A stretch of DNA of 42,486 bases from a virus (lineage: Duplodnaviria > Caudoviricetes). Numbering within the stretch: the stretch's first letter is position 1; each line of letters opens with the position of its first letter. The notes below the pieces were generated by a model. The model was not told the DNA's origin and did not search any database. It was given only the letters and a program-made list of their open reading frames with translations. Positions 27,272 to 37,848 of this stretch are shown here, piece after piece. The stretch spans positions 1 to 42,486 of the IMG/VR virus record IMGVR_UViG_3300010362_000041; one strand, 5' to 3'. Made by a program: the position numbers and the translations under genes.

Positions 27272-30200
27272 TTATGCGTCGATCTCATCAATCCCCTTTC
27301 TGAGAACTGTTATCAGGTGGGCCCGTTTGACTTCGCCGCGGACCCGATGCTCGCAAGTAAAGCGCCTCTGGCCGTCGTCCTTCACTTTGAGCCAGCCTCG
27401 TTCGCGCCATTCGCTCATGACCGCTTCCGGATTGAATTTCTGGCCTCTTAACAGGTCCTCGACGTGATGCGGATAAAAGCCAATGAATTCGAAATCCTCC
27501 TCGCGATCCCAACGCCCGATCCAGCCGGCCGACGGCGCGACCGGAACGCCTCGATTATTCTCCTGTTCTCGCCCAATGAATCGCGCCTCGTTCGCCCACG
27601 CCCAGGAGAGCAAATATCTGAGCGCGCGCCTGGCGCCGACGGCGTCCTCGGCCTCTCCGGAGATCTCCGCCCATAGCTTTCGAATCGGATCCTCGAAGAC
27701 CCATGGCAGATCGAGCGCCTTATGCGCGAGCGAGGCGGCCTGCGCGATCGTGGCGGCATAGAGCGCCAGGCGGCCGGCTCGTTCGCTCGCCGCCTGGCGA
27801 ACGTATTCCTCGGCGCGCCTGCCGATCTCCTGCTTCCATTCGTCGCGCTGATCGAGATTTTCCGCGAGCCAGGCGACAAATCACCGGCCGGCGTGGCCGT
27901 AGTTGCTCAAAATCGCCAGATTGAACAGCTCGACGATCTTGCCGGTCTCGGCGTCCTGGCGGCCGAAGGGCGCGCCTTCGATCTCGAGCGTTCTCATCCT
28001 CGTTCCGCCGTCGTTTGTAAAACTGGTCACCGGCTGCTCGCCGGAGGAGATAAGAACGGTGTGCCAGGTCTTCGATATCTGAAGGCCTTTGAGCGAGCCT
28101 CTCACTCTGCCGCGGCCGGACGCGACGAGATATAGAGTCTCGGCGATGATCTGCGGATTTTTGGCTCGCTTCGTATCGTCGAGGATTAGCGGGATGCCGT
28201 TTAAAACGGCGCTCGCGCGCTCGGCTCCGACCTTGCTGATATCCCATGTCTGGATCGCGGCGCCAGGCTTGCGCTCGTCAGGCACGCCCCAGACGGAGGC
28301 GGCCGCGCGCTGCGCCGTTGTTTTCCCCTGCGAGATCCTGGCCGAAAGATCGACGATAAAATTCGGCAGATTGAGCAACTGTAACAGCGGAGAGGCGAGC
28401 GAGGCATATATCGTGCTGACGACGCGCGCATATGGCGCGATCTTCTCGACGGCCTCGATCCAGGCGTCGAGATCACCTTCGGCGCGATATCCTTCGACGA
28501 CCTGATCGTCGCCGGCGTCGGCGCCGCGGAAGGCGATCGCCTTGTTCGTCCAGTTCATGGAGTCGGCGCGGATCTCCGCTTCGACGATCTCCCCGTCGGG
28601 CTTTACGAAATCCCTTCCGATCGAAAAACCCGATTTGCAGTCTGAGCCCTGCCAGCCGAGATGCGACGTCGTCCGCGCCGTCGGCAGCTCCGAGAAGTTC
28701 GCGGCCTCGAACTTGGCGAAATATTCGACCTGCAGTTTCGAGTCGGAAGAGGTAACAGGAAAGCCGGTGTTTGCGAGCGAAACCAATTCCCGGGCGTTAG
28801 CGACGACGCCGCGGTCGACGATCTTGTGGCGCCAGGCACCGCCGCGCCTCCAGGAGACGCGAACGCCTTCGGCCTCGCCGTCGACGTCCTTCGTCCGGCC
28901 GGTGATCAGGAGCGCGCCGTAGGCGATCGGCTCCATGATCGAAAAGCCGAGAGGATTCGGAATCTGGCCGAGCGTCCGATCGGCCTCGAGCTTGTATCCG
29001 TCGGGGATGATCAGATCCGGAATCGGCGAGTCTTCGAGAAAATCCGAGGCGTATTGAGTGAGATCCTCGTCCGGCTTCACGAGCCGGAGCTTCGGCTGAT
29101 ATTTCTTGATCTCGCGCTCGATGTCTCGGAGCGAAATCTTCGCGCCGCGGAGGATCTCCTTCGCCTCCTGATAGTCTCCTGGCGATCGCTCTCTGAATAG
29201 CGCGAGCGCGCCGAGGACGTCCGGCTCGAAGGCGGCCTTGCCGCTCTCGAGCAATTTGCCGGGGAGTTCGGCGACGATCTTCCGAGCTTTTTCGATCTCC
29301 TCATCCTGGCCGGATTGCGCCGGCGCGTCGGAGGACTCCGCCGGCGGAGCTACAGCAGTCGAAGCCGCCGGCGGCCTGGCCGGATCCGGATCCGCCTGGC
29401 GGCCGTTACTCGACGAATGCCCGCGCCCGAAAGTCGGCTCGGCGGGCAATCCGAAGGCATGCAAGATCGTCGCCTGATCGCATCCCTTGTTACAGTGAGC
29501 CGTATTTTTCGACGGCGAATAATAGAGCCCTGTCTTCCCCTCGCCGTTATGGCAAACCCCTCGACAATCAATGTTGCCGCTCGAGTTCTTATGCGCGGAT
29601 TCGTGCGCCGCGATCCTGCGGCCGAGTTCGGCGCGAAGATCGTCCCAGTTCTTAAACTGGCCGGCCGCGGAACTCGTCGGCCTGGCGGCCGGCTCTCGAG
29701 GCGCGTCTTTGCGCGGCGTATATTCGGCGATAAAGGCCTCGGCCTCCTCCTGGCGCTCGGCGATCGGCAGCGGCTCCTCGTGATAGGAAGCGCCCGTAAA
29801 TATGAAATAGCGCGTCCGATCGTATAGCTCGCGGCCGGCCTTGTCGTTCTTGAAATTCCGGCTCGGCTTCGCCTTCATAATGACGTGAATGCCTTCGCCG
29901 CTCACTGAATATTCCGTATAGGAGTCGAAAGTCTCGATCCATCGAGCGGCCTCGACGCTGAAGGCCTGCTGGCATTCGATCTCCTCGAAGCAGTGATCGA
30001 GATCGGCGCCGCAGTATGGATCGTCGGCCGCGAACACGTAGCCGACGCCGTCGTATGGACGCGGGCCGCCGTATGCCTTCTGATAGGACTCGGCCGCGCA
30101 TTCGAACGAGCGCCAGGTCTCCGAGTCGGTACTCTTCGCGCGCCATCCAGTTTTCGGATCGTAAGGGATCTTTATCCACTTTTTGTCGTCGGCCTCGTAT

Positions 30201-30304
30201 CGCCAGACGACCCACTGCGGCCGCTCGCGCAGCTCCTCCGGTATTCGATCGAACTGCGGCTCTATCGGGACAGGCCTCGGGGGATGTGTGAGGTTTGACG
30301 TCAT
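27272..30304 (-). pseudogene. Prim-pol (NrS-1-like) + Zn finger + DUF927 helicase fusion, interrupted by in-frame TGA at 27881-27883
   Basis: IPEELRERPQWVVWR, GADLDHC, SVSGEGIH; SQGKTT Walker A; LILDD; frame continues after TGA (FVAWLAENLDQ...) to 27272. Confidence 0.8.
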
Positions 30305-30333
30305 CCTGTTATCTCTTCTGCGCCTGCTCAGCT

Positions 30334-30882
30334 TTAATTCGCCTGCGCCTGTTCAAGACTCGCCTCCGTCGAGCCATGCTCCACTTCCTCCGGCAATAGT
30401 GCGAAGATCACGTCCTTCTGCCCCTCGTCCGGCGTCCACAGTTGTTGATAGCCGCGCGAATACACAGGCGAGGAGAGCTTCCAGATCTCGTCGAAGACCC
30501 ACATAAAGCGGCGGGGCGCGTAATTGCCGAACTCGTATTCGTTGGTAGTATTCGCCGGAATCAGCTTCGGATGATCGCTCGTCGAAATGCAGTTAGACAG
30601 CCTGCCGACCGCGACAAAACACCCCCGCGGCAATCCTTCGGGTCCACCGAATGGGATCGCCTTGGCTCGCTCCTGCCATTCTGGAGTAACGCTCAAAACG
30701 TCAACAAATGGCCTGCGAAAACAGATGTCCGCCAGTTCGCTATCCCATTTCTTCGCCGCGTGGATCGCAACGAGGCCGCGATAACTTGTCGGCCAGCTCC
30801 GCGTCTCGATCTTCTTCGCGCCGACGGCCATCAGGCTCGCCCAAGGCTGCCAGAGCGACAGGGCTTTCATTGTTTTAGACAT
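30334..30882 (-). CDS. ASCH domain protein
   Basis: MKALSLWQPWASL...GAKKIETRSW...YRGLVAIHA; RGYQQLW. Confidence 0.92.
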   Translation of the reverse strand: MSKTMKALSLWQPWASLMAVGAKKIETRSWPTSYRGLVAIHAAKKWDSELADICFRRPFVDVLSVTPEWQERAKAIPFGGPEGLPRGCFVAVGRLSNCISTSDHPKLIPANTTNEYEFGNYAPRRFMWVFDEIWKLSSPVYSRGYQQLWTPDEGQKDVIFALLPEEVEHGSTEASLEQAQAN

Positions 30883-31099
30883 TCGCCTTCATTCCCTCCA
30901 GAATCAGATCCTCGTCGTTGAAGCTGGCCGCCTGGCCAGTGATACAAGGCGCGCAGCCGATCCAGCCGACGGCGACGCTCAGAGACGCCGACGCCGGCGT
31001 CGAGCAGTTCGAACAAAGCAGCAGGCCGTTTTCGAAGCGAGCTTCGTTTTCCTTGAGCCTCGGTTCGGCTTTGATCGTCTCTTGATAGGTCATCGTCAT
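30875..31099 (-). CDS. Small CxxC-CxxC protein
   Basis: ATGA overlap with helicase stop; CSNC...CAPC. Confidence 0.55.
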   Translation of the reverse strand: MTMTYQETIKAEPRLKENEARFENGLLLCSNCSTPASASLSVAVGWIGCAPCITGQAASFNDEDLILEGMKANV

Positions 31100-32703
31100 G
31101 CGGCCGCCCTCGCGCTCTTCGCCCGCTCTATCCTGTCGAAGATGTGCTGCAACAATTCCTTGGCCTCCGCCTTCGTTACGCCCGGGCGAAATTGGATTTT
31201 GTTCCTGCTTAGCATTTTGATCTGCTTCTCGGTGGCGGGATCGTTCGCCCATTCTCCGTATATCAATCGTCGAGCTTCGGCCTCGCAGGCGGCTTTTGCA
31301 TCGTCTCGATTCCAGCTCTGGCCGGCGAAATCGCTCCGCCAGTTCATGTCGGCGAAGATATAGGGGCCGTCCGCGCTCTCGCGCCAAACCTCGATCCTGT
31401 GGCCGGCGACAAGCAAACTCGAGCGCCGTTGCTCGGGATGAGCCTGCCAGTTAAAAGGCTTCTTGATCTCCGGCTGTCTCCGCCGAAAAAGATCAACCTC
31501 TTGCCCGACGACTATGCCTTCGGCCAGCTCCGGCAGATCCATCTGCTCGGCCGCGGCCTCTTCGTCCTCCTCCTTCTCGCGCTTGACGGCGGCCGTAACT
31601 TCTTCGCCGTCCTTCAGCTCGCGCAGGCTGAAGAGGCTCGGGAGCGTGACGAGATCGAGCTGATTCGTCGCTCCGACGACGTCCAGGACGAGGCCGTCCG
31701 TCTTGCCGGTCTCCGGCGAGAGTCGCGTAATTCTTCCGATCTCCTGCGAGTAGACGATCTGGCTCTCCGTCGGCCGCGCCAACAGGGCGCAGTTGGCCGA
31801 CGGCAGATCTACGCCTTCGGTCAGGAGATCGCAGCTCGCAATGAATTGGATCTGGCCGCGCTCGAAATCCGCGAGCGCCTTGCGCTGAACGCCTTGCGGA
31901 GTCGAGCCGTCGAGCGCGACGGCTCGGACGCCGAGGCCTCGGATATGCTCGGCGAGCTTGTAGGCCATCGCTACGCGCGGGACGAAGGCGAGCGTCCGGC
32001 GATCCGGCGCGTATTTCAGCCAGCCTTCGGCCACCGGCTCGAACCAGTTGGCCTTGTCCATGATTTCGGCGACTTCGTCCGGCTTAACATCTCTGATCCC
32101 GTCGGAGTTCCTTTGACGGCGGAGCTTCGAGAAGTCGGCCTCGATCGTGATTCTTTGGCCGCGGAGCGGGACGAGATAACCGCGCTCGATCAGATCGAGA
32201 ATGCCGACCTGATAAACGATTTCGCTATATACGGCGTCCAGGCCGACGCCGTCCGTCCTCGACGGCGTCGCCGTCACCCCGAGGACGAGCGTCTCTTCGT
32301 GGCAGACGTGCTCGAGGATCCGCTGATAAGTCTTCGCGGCCGAGCGTTGGCATTCGTCTATGACGACCGTATCGAACTTCGGCATCTTCGAGAGCCGGCG
32401 CGGACGTGCAAGCGTCTGCACTGAGGCGACGACGCAGCGCGCATGCCGCCGGTCCTGCTCGGCCATCACTATCCCCAGATCCGACAGCGGCAGGACGGAG
32501 CCGATCTTCGCCGCGGCCTGCTGGATCAGGCGATCTCTATGCGCCAGGACGAGCGCGCGGCCAGGACGCCGGCCGACGAGGTTGGCGAAGACGACCGTCT
32601 TGCCCGCGCCCGTAGCCATCGCCAGGAGCTGGCGCCGGAGGCCGCGCTCGAACGCGGCGAAGATCGCTTCGATCGCTTCGGATTGGTAATCGCGCAGGAT
32701 CAT
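31096..32703 (-). CDS. SF2 DEAD/DEAH-like helicase
   Basis: LRDYQ, ATGAGKT, IDECQ, TATP, LTEGVDLP, QEIGRITR motifs. Confidence 0.95.
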   Translation of the reverse strand: MILRDYQSEAIEAIFAAFERGLRRQLLAMATGAGKTVVFANLVGRRPGRALVLAHRDRLIQQAAAKIGSVLPLSDLGIVMAEQDRRHARCVVASVQTLARPRRLSKMPKFDTVVIDECQRSAAKTYQRILEHVCHEETLVLGVTATPSRTDGVGLDAVYSEIVYQVGILDLIERGYLVPLRGQRITIEADFSKLRRQRNSDGIRDVKPDEVAEIMDKANWFEPVAEGWLKYAPDRRTLAFVPRVAMAYKLAEHIRGLGVRAVALDGSTPQGVQRKALADFERGQIQFIASCDLLTEGVDLPSANCALLARPTESQIVYSQEIGRITRLSPETGKTDGLVLDVVGATNQLDLVTLPSLFSLRELKDGEEVTAAVKREKEEDEEAAAEQMDLPELAEGIVVGQEVDLFRRRQPEIKKPFNWQAHPEQRRSSLLVAGHRIEVWRESADGPYIFADMNWRSDFAGQSWNRDDAKAACEAEARRLIYGEWANDPATEKQIKMLSRNKIQFRPGVTKAEAKELLQHIFDRIERAKSARAAA

Positions 32704-32719
32704 GGAGCTTCCGAAAGAC

Positions 32720-33151
32720 TCAGACCTCGACGTCGAAGCCGTCCTCGTCGTCCTTCCAGTCTTCTTTGTGGTCCTTGTATTGCGACGTGTAATTGAGAGA
32801 GGCGAGTGCCTGCCTGGCCTTCCGCCGGCGCTCGCTCGCTTCTTCGTGCCGGCGCATAATTTCGCGGGATTGCTCGAGGCGCTTCCTGTCGCTCTCGTCG
32901 AGTTCGGCCTCTGGCGTGGCGAGGATCCTCTGCGCTCTGTTCAAGTCGAAGCTCGAGGCGCCGCTCGACGCGCGCAGATCGTTAAAGATCCGCTCGAGAG
33001 AGGCCAGGACGCGGCCTGGATCGTCGTCTCCGCCGATCTCGACGCGGACGCCGATCTTGATGTTTTCATAATTGCCGAGGTTAAAGACGCGCTCGACGTA
33101 GATGCTCTGGACGCTGCTTTGCTCGAGAGATTGACGATTCGATTCAGACAT
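32720..33151 (-). CDS. Hypothetical phage protein
   Basis: ERVFNLGNYENIKIG motif recurrent in phage early proteins. Confidence 0.65.
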   Translation of the reverse strand: MSESNRQSLEQSSVQSIYVERVFNLGNYENIKIGVRVEIGGDDDPGRVLASLERIFNDLRASSGASSFDLNRAQRILATPEAELDESDRKRLEQSREIMRRHEEASERRRKARQALASLNYTSQYKDHKEDWKDDEDGFDVEV

Positions 33152-33647
33152 CGGCGCCGGTCCCCCATTCGATCGAAATGATGGCCGGCTCTTCGACGAG
33201 CCGCAGGCTCAAAACCTCGACGGTCGTCTGCTCGTCGAATCTCTGGATCAGGACCTGGCGGCCGTTCTCGAAGCGAAAAGCGTCTCGATACTCGAAGGCG
33301 TTCGCCGAGATCTGCGTGAAGACGACCTCTTCGGCCTCGCCGGTTTTGTATTCCTCCTGGAGATAAGGCGGAATGCCTTCGACGTACAGGCGCGAGCCAG
33401 GCGGGACGCAGACGGCCGGCAGCGTCTTCATCAACTCTTCGCTACTCGGCCGGCCAAGGCTTTCGATCCAGTATTTCCATCTTGCGAAGATCCCGGCGCT
33501 GGCCTCGAGCGGCTTCTCGAGCGATCTCAGATCGGCGGCCGACGCCAGGCCTTTCGATCCGGTGTGGAATCTATGGACGAAGAGCCGCTCGCCTTCGACG
33601 GCGAGCCGATTCTTCAGGCCATGCAAAGAGTAATCGCACATCTTCAT
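33144..33647 (-). CDS. Conserved hypothetical protein (MCDYSL family)
   Basis: AAGGAGG SD; MCDYSL...AVCVPPG...YRDAFRFENG. Confidence 0.7.
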   Translation of the reverse strand: MKMCDYSLHGLKNRLAVEGERLFVHRFHTGSKGLASAADLRSLEKPLEASAGIFARWKYWIESLGRPSSEELMKTLPAVCVPPGSRLYVEGIPPYLQEEYKTGEAEEVVFTQISANAFEYRDAFRFENGRQVLIQRFDEQTTVEVLSLRLVEEPAIISIEWGTGADV

Positions 33648-33654
33648 CGCCTCC

Positions 33655-33891
33655 TTAGAGTCTGGATTGCACATATGCCGTCTCGTCGGAGCCGAACGTC
33701 TGGCCGTAGACCAGTCCGTCAACTCGGAAAAAGACGGCGACGAGTTGCTCGTCGGCGAGCGTCGGATCGTCGCCGCGCTCTGTGATTTCGACCTCGGCGA
33801 CGTCGAACTTCCTGCCCTTCCGCCAGGCCACAAGCGCGACGTCGCCGACTTTGATCTCCGACCAGGTTGTTTTGAGAAAGGGCTTTTTCAT
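33655..33891 (-). CDS. Hypothetical protein
   Basis: ATGA overlap with upstream gene; WSEIKVGDV. Confidence 0.6.
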   Translation of the reverse strand: MKKPFLKTTWSEIKVGDVALVAWRKGRKFDVAEVEITERGDDPTLADEQLVAVFFRVDGLVYGQTFGSDETAYVQSRL

Positions 33892-34415
33892 CGGATCCTC
33901 AAATGCGTGCCGCGCTCTGCCAGATAGGCGCCATGAGTCTCTTCGTCGTTTCGAATCGCTTCGCGGATCGCGGTCGTATTCAGTCTGATCTCGACTTTGT
34001 GGAAGGCTTCAGGCGCCGAGGCCGGCTCGGCCTCCCAGGCCGGCGGGACGACGAGAGGCAGAGCGCCGCCGTTAGCCTGGATCCCGACTTTGAAATGCGG
34101 CGTCTCGAGCTTCGAGACGCCGCACAATTCGAGGTAGAACTTCAAACGAGCTTTCAGACGCTTCGCCTCGTTCGTGTCCGTGCCGGCGATCGCCATCAGA
34201 GCCTTCGCCGCCTGCTCGCGGATCTCCGCGCGCCCCTCGAATTCGCGGATCAGCCAGCAACAGCTATCGACCTTTTTCTCGAGCGAGGCGTTCGTCTCGG
34301 CGAACCATCCGTCGATCGCCTCCTCGGCCTGCTCGTCGGTCAACTCTCCTCCGCACTCAGTTAGCAGATTGTGAAGCGCCATGATCTCTTCGGCTATTTG
34401 AAGCAGTGTCGGCAT
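33888..34415 (-). CDS. Siphovirus Gp157 family protein
   Basis: MPTLLQI, EKKVDS, KRLK..L, KVGIQANGG..PL, GAYLAERGTHLRIR. Confidence 0.88.
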   Translation of the reverse strand: MPTLLQIAEEIMALHNLLTECGGELTDEQAEEAIDGWFAETNASLEKKVDSCCWLIREFEGRAEIREQAAKALMAIAGTDTNEAKRLKARLKFYLELCGVSKLETPHFKVGIQANGGALPLVVPPAWEAEPASAPEAFHKVEIRLNTTAIREAIRNDEETHGAYLAERGTHLRIR

Positions 34416-34587
34416 CAGCAGTCCTTTCGTAGTGGTGAACAGGTGGCAAGGGCGGGACTTTCATGTTCGTCCTGTGTACGGCATCGGCAAGAGATTCGCG
34501 CATCTCCTCGGTCATTCGCGATTTGAATCTCGCCAAGGCAATGGCCAGGGCGCTAAGCGCCTTGACAGTTTCATTAACTGGTAGCAT
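34357..34587 (-). CDS. Hypothetical protein
   Basis: AAGGAGG SD; co-oriented. Confidence 0.5.
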   Translation of the reverse strand: MLPVNETVKALSALAIALARFKSRMTEEMRESLADAVHRTNMKVPPLPPVHHYERTADADTASNSRRDHGASQSAN

Positions 34588-35005
34588 CGGACCCTCCTTT
34601 GGCTTTGGGTTTTGGTTTGTCGAGAGCGGCGCGATTCAAGCGATGGGCGTCGCTATATATCCTGGCGCCCTCTTGGCAATTGCCAGGCCCCCACTCGTCG
34701 CAATTAGCACAGTTGGAAGCGTGCTCGTCGAAGGCCTCGTATGCTTTGCAGGCCATCAGCAGCGCGTCGTGGCACTTGTAGGAGAGGACGAGCTTGTCGG
34801 CGAAGGCGAGAGCGATCTCTTCGATCTCTTCCGTCCGCTCCTCCTCCAGGCACGGAAAATCCTCGGCGTTGTAGATCTCGCCGAGGAAAATCTCCGCGCC
34901 TGGTCCTTCTCCGTCGAAGAGATAAATCGTATCGCCGAGATCCTGCTGCTGAAACTGGCCGGAATGATGGATCGCCTGCGGTATTGCGAGAGCCGGATTT
35001 TTCAT
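34574..35005 (-). CDS. Hypothetical acidic protein with CxxC motif
   Basis: AAGGAG SD; ATGA overlap; H..NCANC. Confidence 0.6.
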   Translation of the reverse strand: MKNPALAIPQAIHHSGQFQQQDLGDTIYLFDGEGPGAEIFLGEIYNAEDFPCLEEERTEEIEEIALAFADKLVLSYKCHDALLMACKAYEAFDEHASNCANCDEWGPGNCQEGARIYSDAHRLNRAALDKPKPKAKGGSDATS

Positions 35006-36249
35006 TTCTTGAACTCCTTCTCAATCTCGGCCGCGGCTGCTTTGCCCATCTCGACGTAACGAGAGAGCATCATCCGGACCTTCGGAAGGTCGGCCTCGTT
35101 GATCTCATCGGTCGCGTAGACCCCGCCCGTAATCTTGGCGATCTTGGCGTTGATGTGGTCGACAGAGCAGCCGAGTACGTGGAGTTGGTCGCAGAGATTT
35201 TCGATATCCAATCTCGCCGGCGATGGCGTGGACTCGATGAATTCGCCCTCGACGAAGTCCTCCGCCGGCGGAGGCGGCTCCGGAGCCGGAGCGGAAGGAG
35301 CGGAAGGAGAGACGACGGCCAGGCCGAGCGTCTTTACGGCCTGGCGCTTCTCCTCGAGCGACTTCTTCGAATACATCGCGTTGAAGAATGCCGGCCCGTT
35401 CGCCTTGCCCTTCTCCTTCGCGCAGTGAGCGAGGAGCAGATCGTCGAGCGCCTTCTCTTCGGCCGATTTTCCGTTGGCCTGAGAGGCTTGCGCCGGCGGC
35501 CGCGGAGCCTGGCTCGAGGCCTTCTTCTGCGCGGGCGCGGCCGAGGCCGGCCGAGCGTCTCCGTTCGTCTCTTCGACGAGATCCTCGAGATCCTGAGTAA
35601 AGAATTCGGAGGCGTTAACGCCGATCAGCGCGGCGCCCACGAATGAGCGTTTCTGCGCCATCTTCTGAAGCGTATTGACCAGATCGCAGATGTCGGGATT
35701 CGGTATGCGGCCGACTTGTTGGCTCACGATGTCCGGATCTCCGTTGTCGAACTTCGCTCCGCAGCCGTCCTTCTTCTTGAAGCAAAACCAGCCGCCGTCC
35801 TCAAACTTGCTCTTGAGGATTGCCGACGCTCCGCAGGCCGGACATACGCGCTCGGCTTTGCGCCAGCGATATTTCGACTCGAACGAGTTGCACGAGCCGT
35901 CCGCCTCGGCGATAAGCAGATCGCCCTTGTAGAGCGCGCATCGATAGGAATAGTAGAAAAAGGGCTCGCCGCCGTGATCGGCGCCGGACCAGTCCTCGAT
36001 CTTCTCGACGAGGAGGAATCGCTTACTCAATCCGAAAAACGTCGTCAGCTTCTCGGCTCCGGCCTTCCATAACGAAGGCTTGTCCGTGCCTGGAATCGTG
36101 CCGAAGTCTACGCCCTCGTGCATCAGGCTTTTTACGAATCCGACAACGGCGTCATATCGCGCGACGGCCTGCTCGACGCTTAGCACTGGCATCAACGCCT
36201 GCGCCGCGTCCTGGCGATCAACTATCGCCAAGGCTTCACCGCTGTTCAT
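35002..36249 (-). CDS. Putative single-strand annealing/recombination protein with Zn ribbon
   Basis: DFGTIPGTDKPSLWKAGAEKL, GSCNSFESKY, NTLQKMAQKR; CPACG...CFKKKDGCG; near Gp157. Confidence 0.65.
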   Translation of the reverse strand: MNSGEALAIVDRQDAAQALMPVLSVEQAVARYDAVVGFVKSLMHEGVDFGTIPGTDKPSLWKAGAEKLTTFFGLSKRFLLVEKIEDWSGADHGGEPFFYYSYRCALYKGDLLIAEADGSCNSFESKYRWRKAERVCPACGASAILKSKFEDGGWFCFKKKDGCGAKFDNGDPDIVSQQVGRIPNPDICDLVNTLQKMAQKRSFVGAALIGVNASEFFTQDLEDLVEETNGDARPASAAPAQKKASSQAPRPPAQASQANGKSAEEKALDDLLLAHCAKEKGKANGPAFFNAMYSKKSLEEKRQAVKTLGLAVVSPSAPSAPAPEPPPPAEDFVEGEFIESTPSPARLDIENLCDQLHVLGCSVDHINAKIAKITGGVYATDEINEADLPKVRMMLSRYVEMGKAAAAEIEKEFKK

Positions 36250-36595
36250 GGCTACCTCCCGCAAAAATGGGGCCGCCACTCCCATGCAGCCCCGTTAATT
36301 TCGCCGTAATTCTTCTCGCTAACGGTTTTGAGACGTGCTGCAGCTCCGGCCGTTCGGCCTTCGTTATCGCGGGGGACGGCAGCGCACCCTTCCCGCTAAG
36401 ACTGAACTCGTCATTAGTCGCGCGCAGGCGGACGTATAGAGAGCCGAGTAACTCTCTGGCGCGCCTGTCCCGCCCGCGCAGCGTCTCGATCTCCTCGGAC
36501 ACGTCCTCGAACCAATGCCGGCGCTCCAGCTCGCGGAGCGCCCATAGGAAGCCGATCGCCAGAGCGCCCAATATGAAACCGGTTATTAAGTCCAT
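36236..36595 (-). CDS. Membrane-anchored hypothetical protein
   Basis: N-terminal TM LITGFILGALAIGFLWAL. Confidence 0.5.
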   Translation of the reverse strand: MDLITGFILGALAIGFLWALRELERRHWFEDVSEEIETLRGRDRRARELLGSLYVRLRATNDEFSLSGKGALPSPAITKAERPELQHVSKPLARRITAKLTGLHGSGGPIFAGGSHEQR

Positions 36596-36599
36596 AGAT

Positions 36600-37253
36600 T
36601 TAAAAATCGGCGCGGCCGACTGGGAGGGCGGCCGCGCCGTAAACAGGAGGTTCACCCGTTTTGCCGGTCTTTCCCGGCCGTCCACTGCCGGCACACCCCG
36701 CGCCGGCAATCTCTTCGATCTTCGCTATAACGCCGCTCAAGTCGTCGCCCTTCAGTTCGCTATGATGGATCCTGATCAAATTGATCCGCATACAACGGCA
36801 GAGCGCCGCCTTGCGCTCGGCGTGCTGAATCCTCTTCGCCTGGTCCGGCTTGCCGGGGTCATGGATCGAGCCGTCAACCTCGATTCCGAGCTTGTACTCG
36901 GCGATGTAGAAATCGAGCGTGTAAAGCGTTTCGCCGAGGACGTATTCGCGCTCGTAGCGGAGGCCGAGCGTCTTCAGAAGTCCCATCATTATCAGCTCGC
37001 ACGGCGAAGGGTTGGCCAGGCGCGATCGCCGAGATCCTTCGAAAAGCGCCTTGTAGCCGTGCAAAGCGATCGTCCTGGCCGCGCCCTTCTTGCCGTTTAG
37101 CCGGCAGCTCTCGCTCGAGACTCTGCGCCTCGCGGCTCGCTGCGATGCCGGCGTGAACTGCTGCGCTCGCGCCAGGCCGCCGCGCCTGCCGACCTCGCTC
37201 CGCCATGCGCGGAGTTCGTCCGGTGTCATTGCCTTTGTGTTGACCTTCGCCAT
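36600..37253 (-). CDS. DUF559 (Vsr-like) endonuclease with N-terminal GRRGG/GKKG repeats
   Basis: SPCE...L......Y..E......YTLDFY......IEVDGSIH. Confidence 0.8.
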   Translation of the reverse strand: MAKVNTKAMTPDELRAWRSEVGRRGGLARAQQFTPASQRAARRRVSSESCRLNGKKGAARTIALHGYKALFEGSRRSRLANPSPCELIMMGLLKTLGLRYEREYVLGETLYTLDFYIAEYKLGIEVDGSIHDPGKPDQAKRIQHAERKAALCRCMRINLIRIHHSELKGDDLSGVIAKIEEIAGAGCAGSGRPGKTGKTGEPPVYGAAALPVGRADF

Positions 37254-37357
37254 AAACTCTTCGTGGATAAACCGGGCGACCACTCGGCCGCCCGGGCCTT
37301 TAACAACCGCCACAAGCGCGGTTGTTTTTGTTTGGCGAGGACGCTCGCCCTCGCCAT

Positions 37358-37675
37358 TCACGCCGCCATCGGCAGCGCTATTGAAAAACTCTCCGAAAGC
37401 TCCTGGAGACGAGCGACCCATGGCCCGTCCTCGAAGAGCCAGTCCTCTCGATCGTCTTCGAGCCGTTCGCGCGCGATCTCTCGGCCGTCCTGGCGCACGA
37501 CGACGATGTCTTCTTCGAGCGAGATCGAAAGATCCAGGCCAGGCTTGACGCCGCGCTCGATCAATTCTCGGCAGAGCGCGAAGATCTCCCTTTCGCGGAT
37601 GACCTCGTCGGCGATCTCTCGAAGCGTCTGGCAGAGCCGATCAGACCAGGGCGCAATGTCGGTTGCGTTTTTCAC
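37358..37675 (-). CDS. Hypothetical protein
   Basis: GGAG SD; GTGA overlap. Confidence 0.55.
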   Translation of the reverse strand: MKNATDIAPWSDRLCQTLREIADEVIREREIFALCRELIERGVKPGLDLSISLEEDIVVVRQDGREIARERLEDDREDWLFEDGPWVARLQELSESFSIALPMAA

Positions 37676-37848
37676 TCTTTCTCTCCTGCCGGCTTTCTAA
37701 ATAGCGCGTTGAAAGCAGCGCGCGGATTAACTGGCGGTTTCTGCGACGACGGCCGCGGAGGCCTGGCCGCCGGCTTCGATTTAGGCCGCGGCGCGGGCGC
37801 GGGCGGCGCGGCCTCGAGTAGTTTTCTTTTGATCAGTCTGGCTTTCAT
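37672..37848 (-). CDS. Small basic Pro-rich protein
   Basis: MKARLIKRK...NPRAAFNALF; co-oriented. Confidence 0.45.
   Translation of the reverse strand: MKARLIKRKLLEAAPPAPAPRPKSKPAARPPRPSSQKPPVNPRAAFNALFRKPAGEKE

Noticed and set aside
21904-27883. Stop-codon recoding suggested by the in-frame TGA in the primase and TAG in the micro-ORF
   Set aside because: TGA, TAG and TAA all terminate well-defined genes in this prophage; no suppressor tRNA seen
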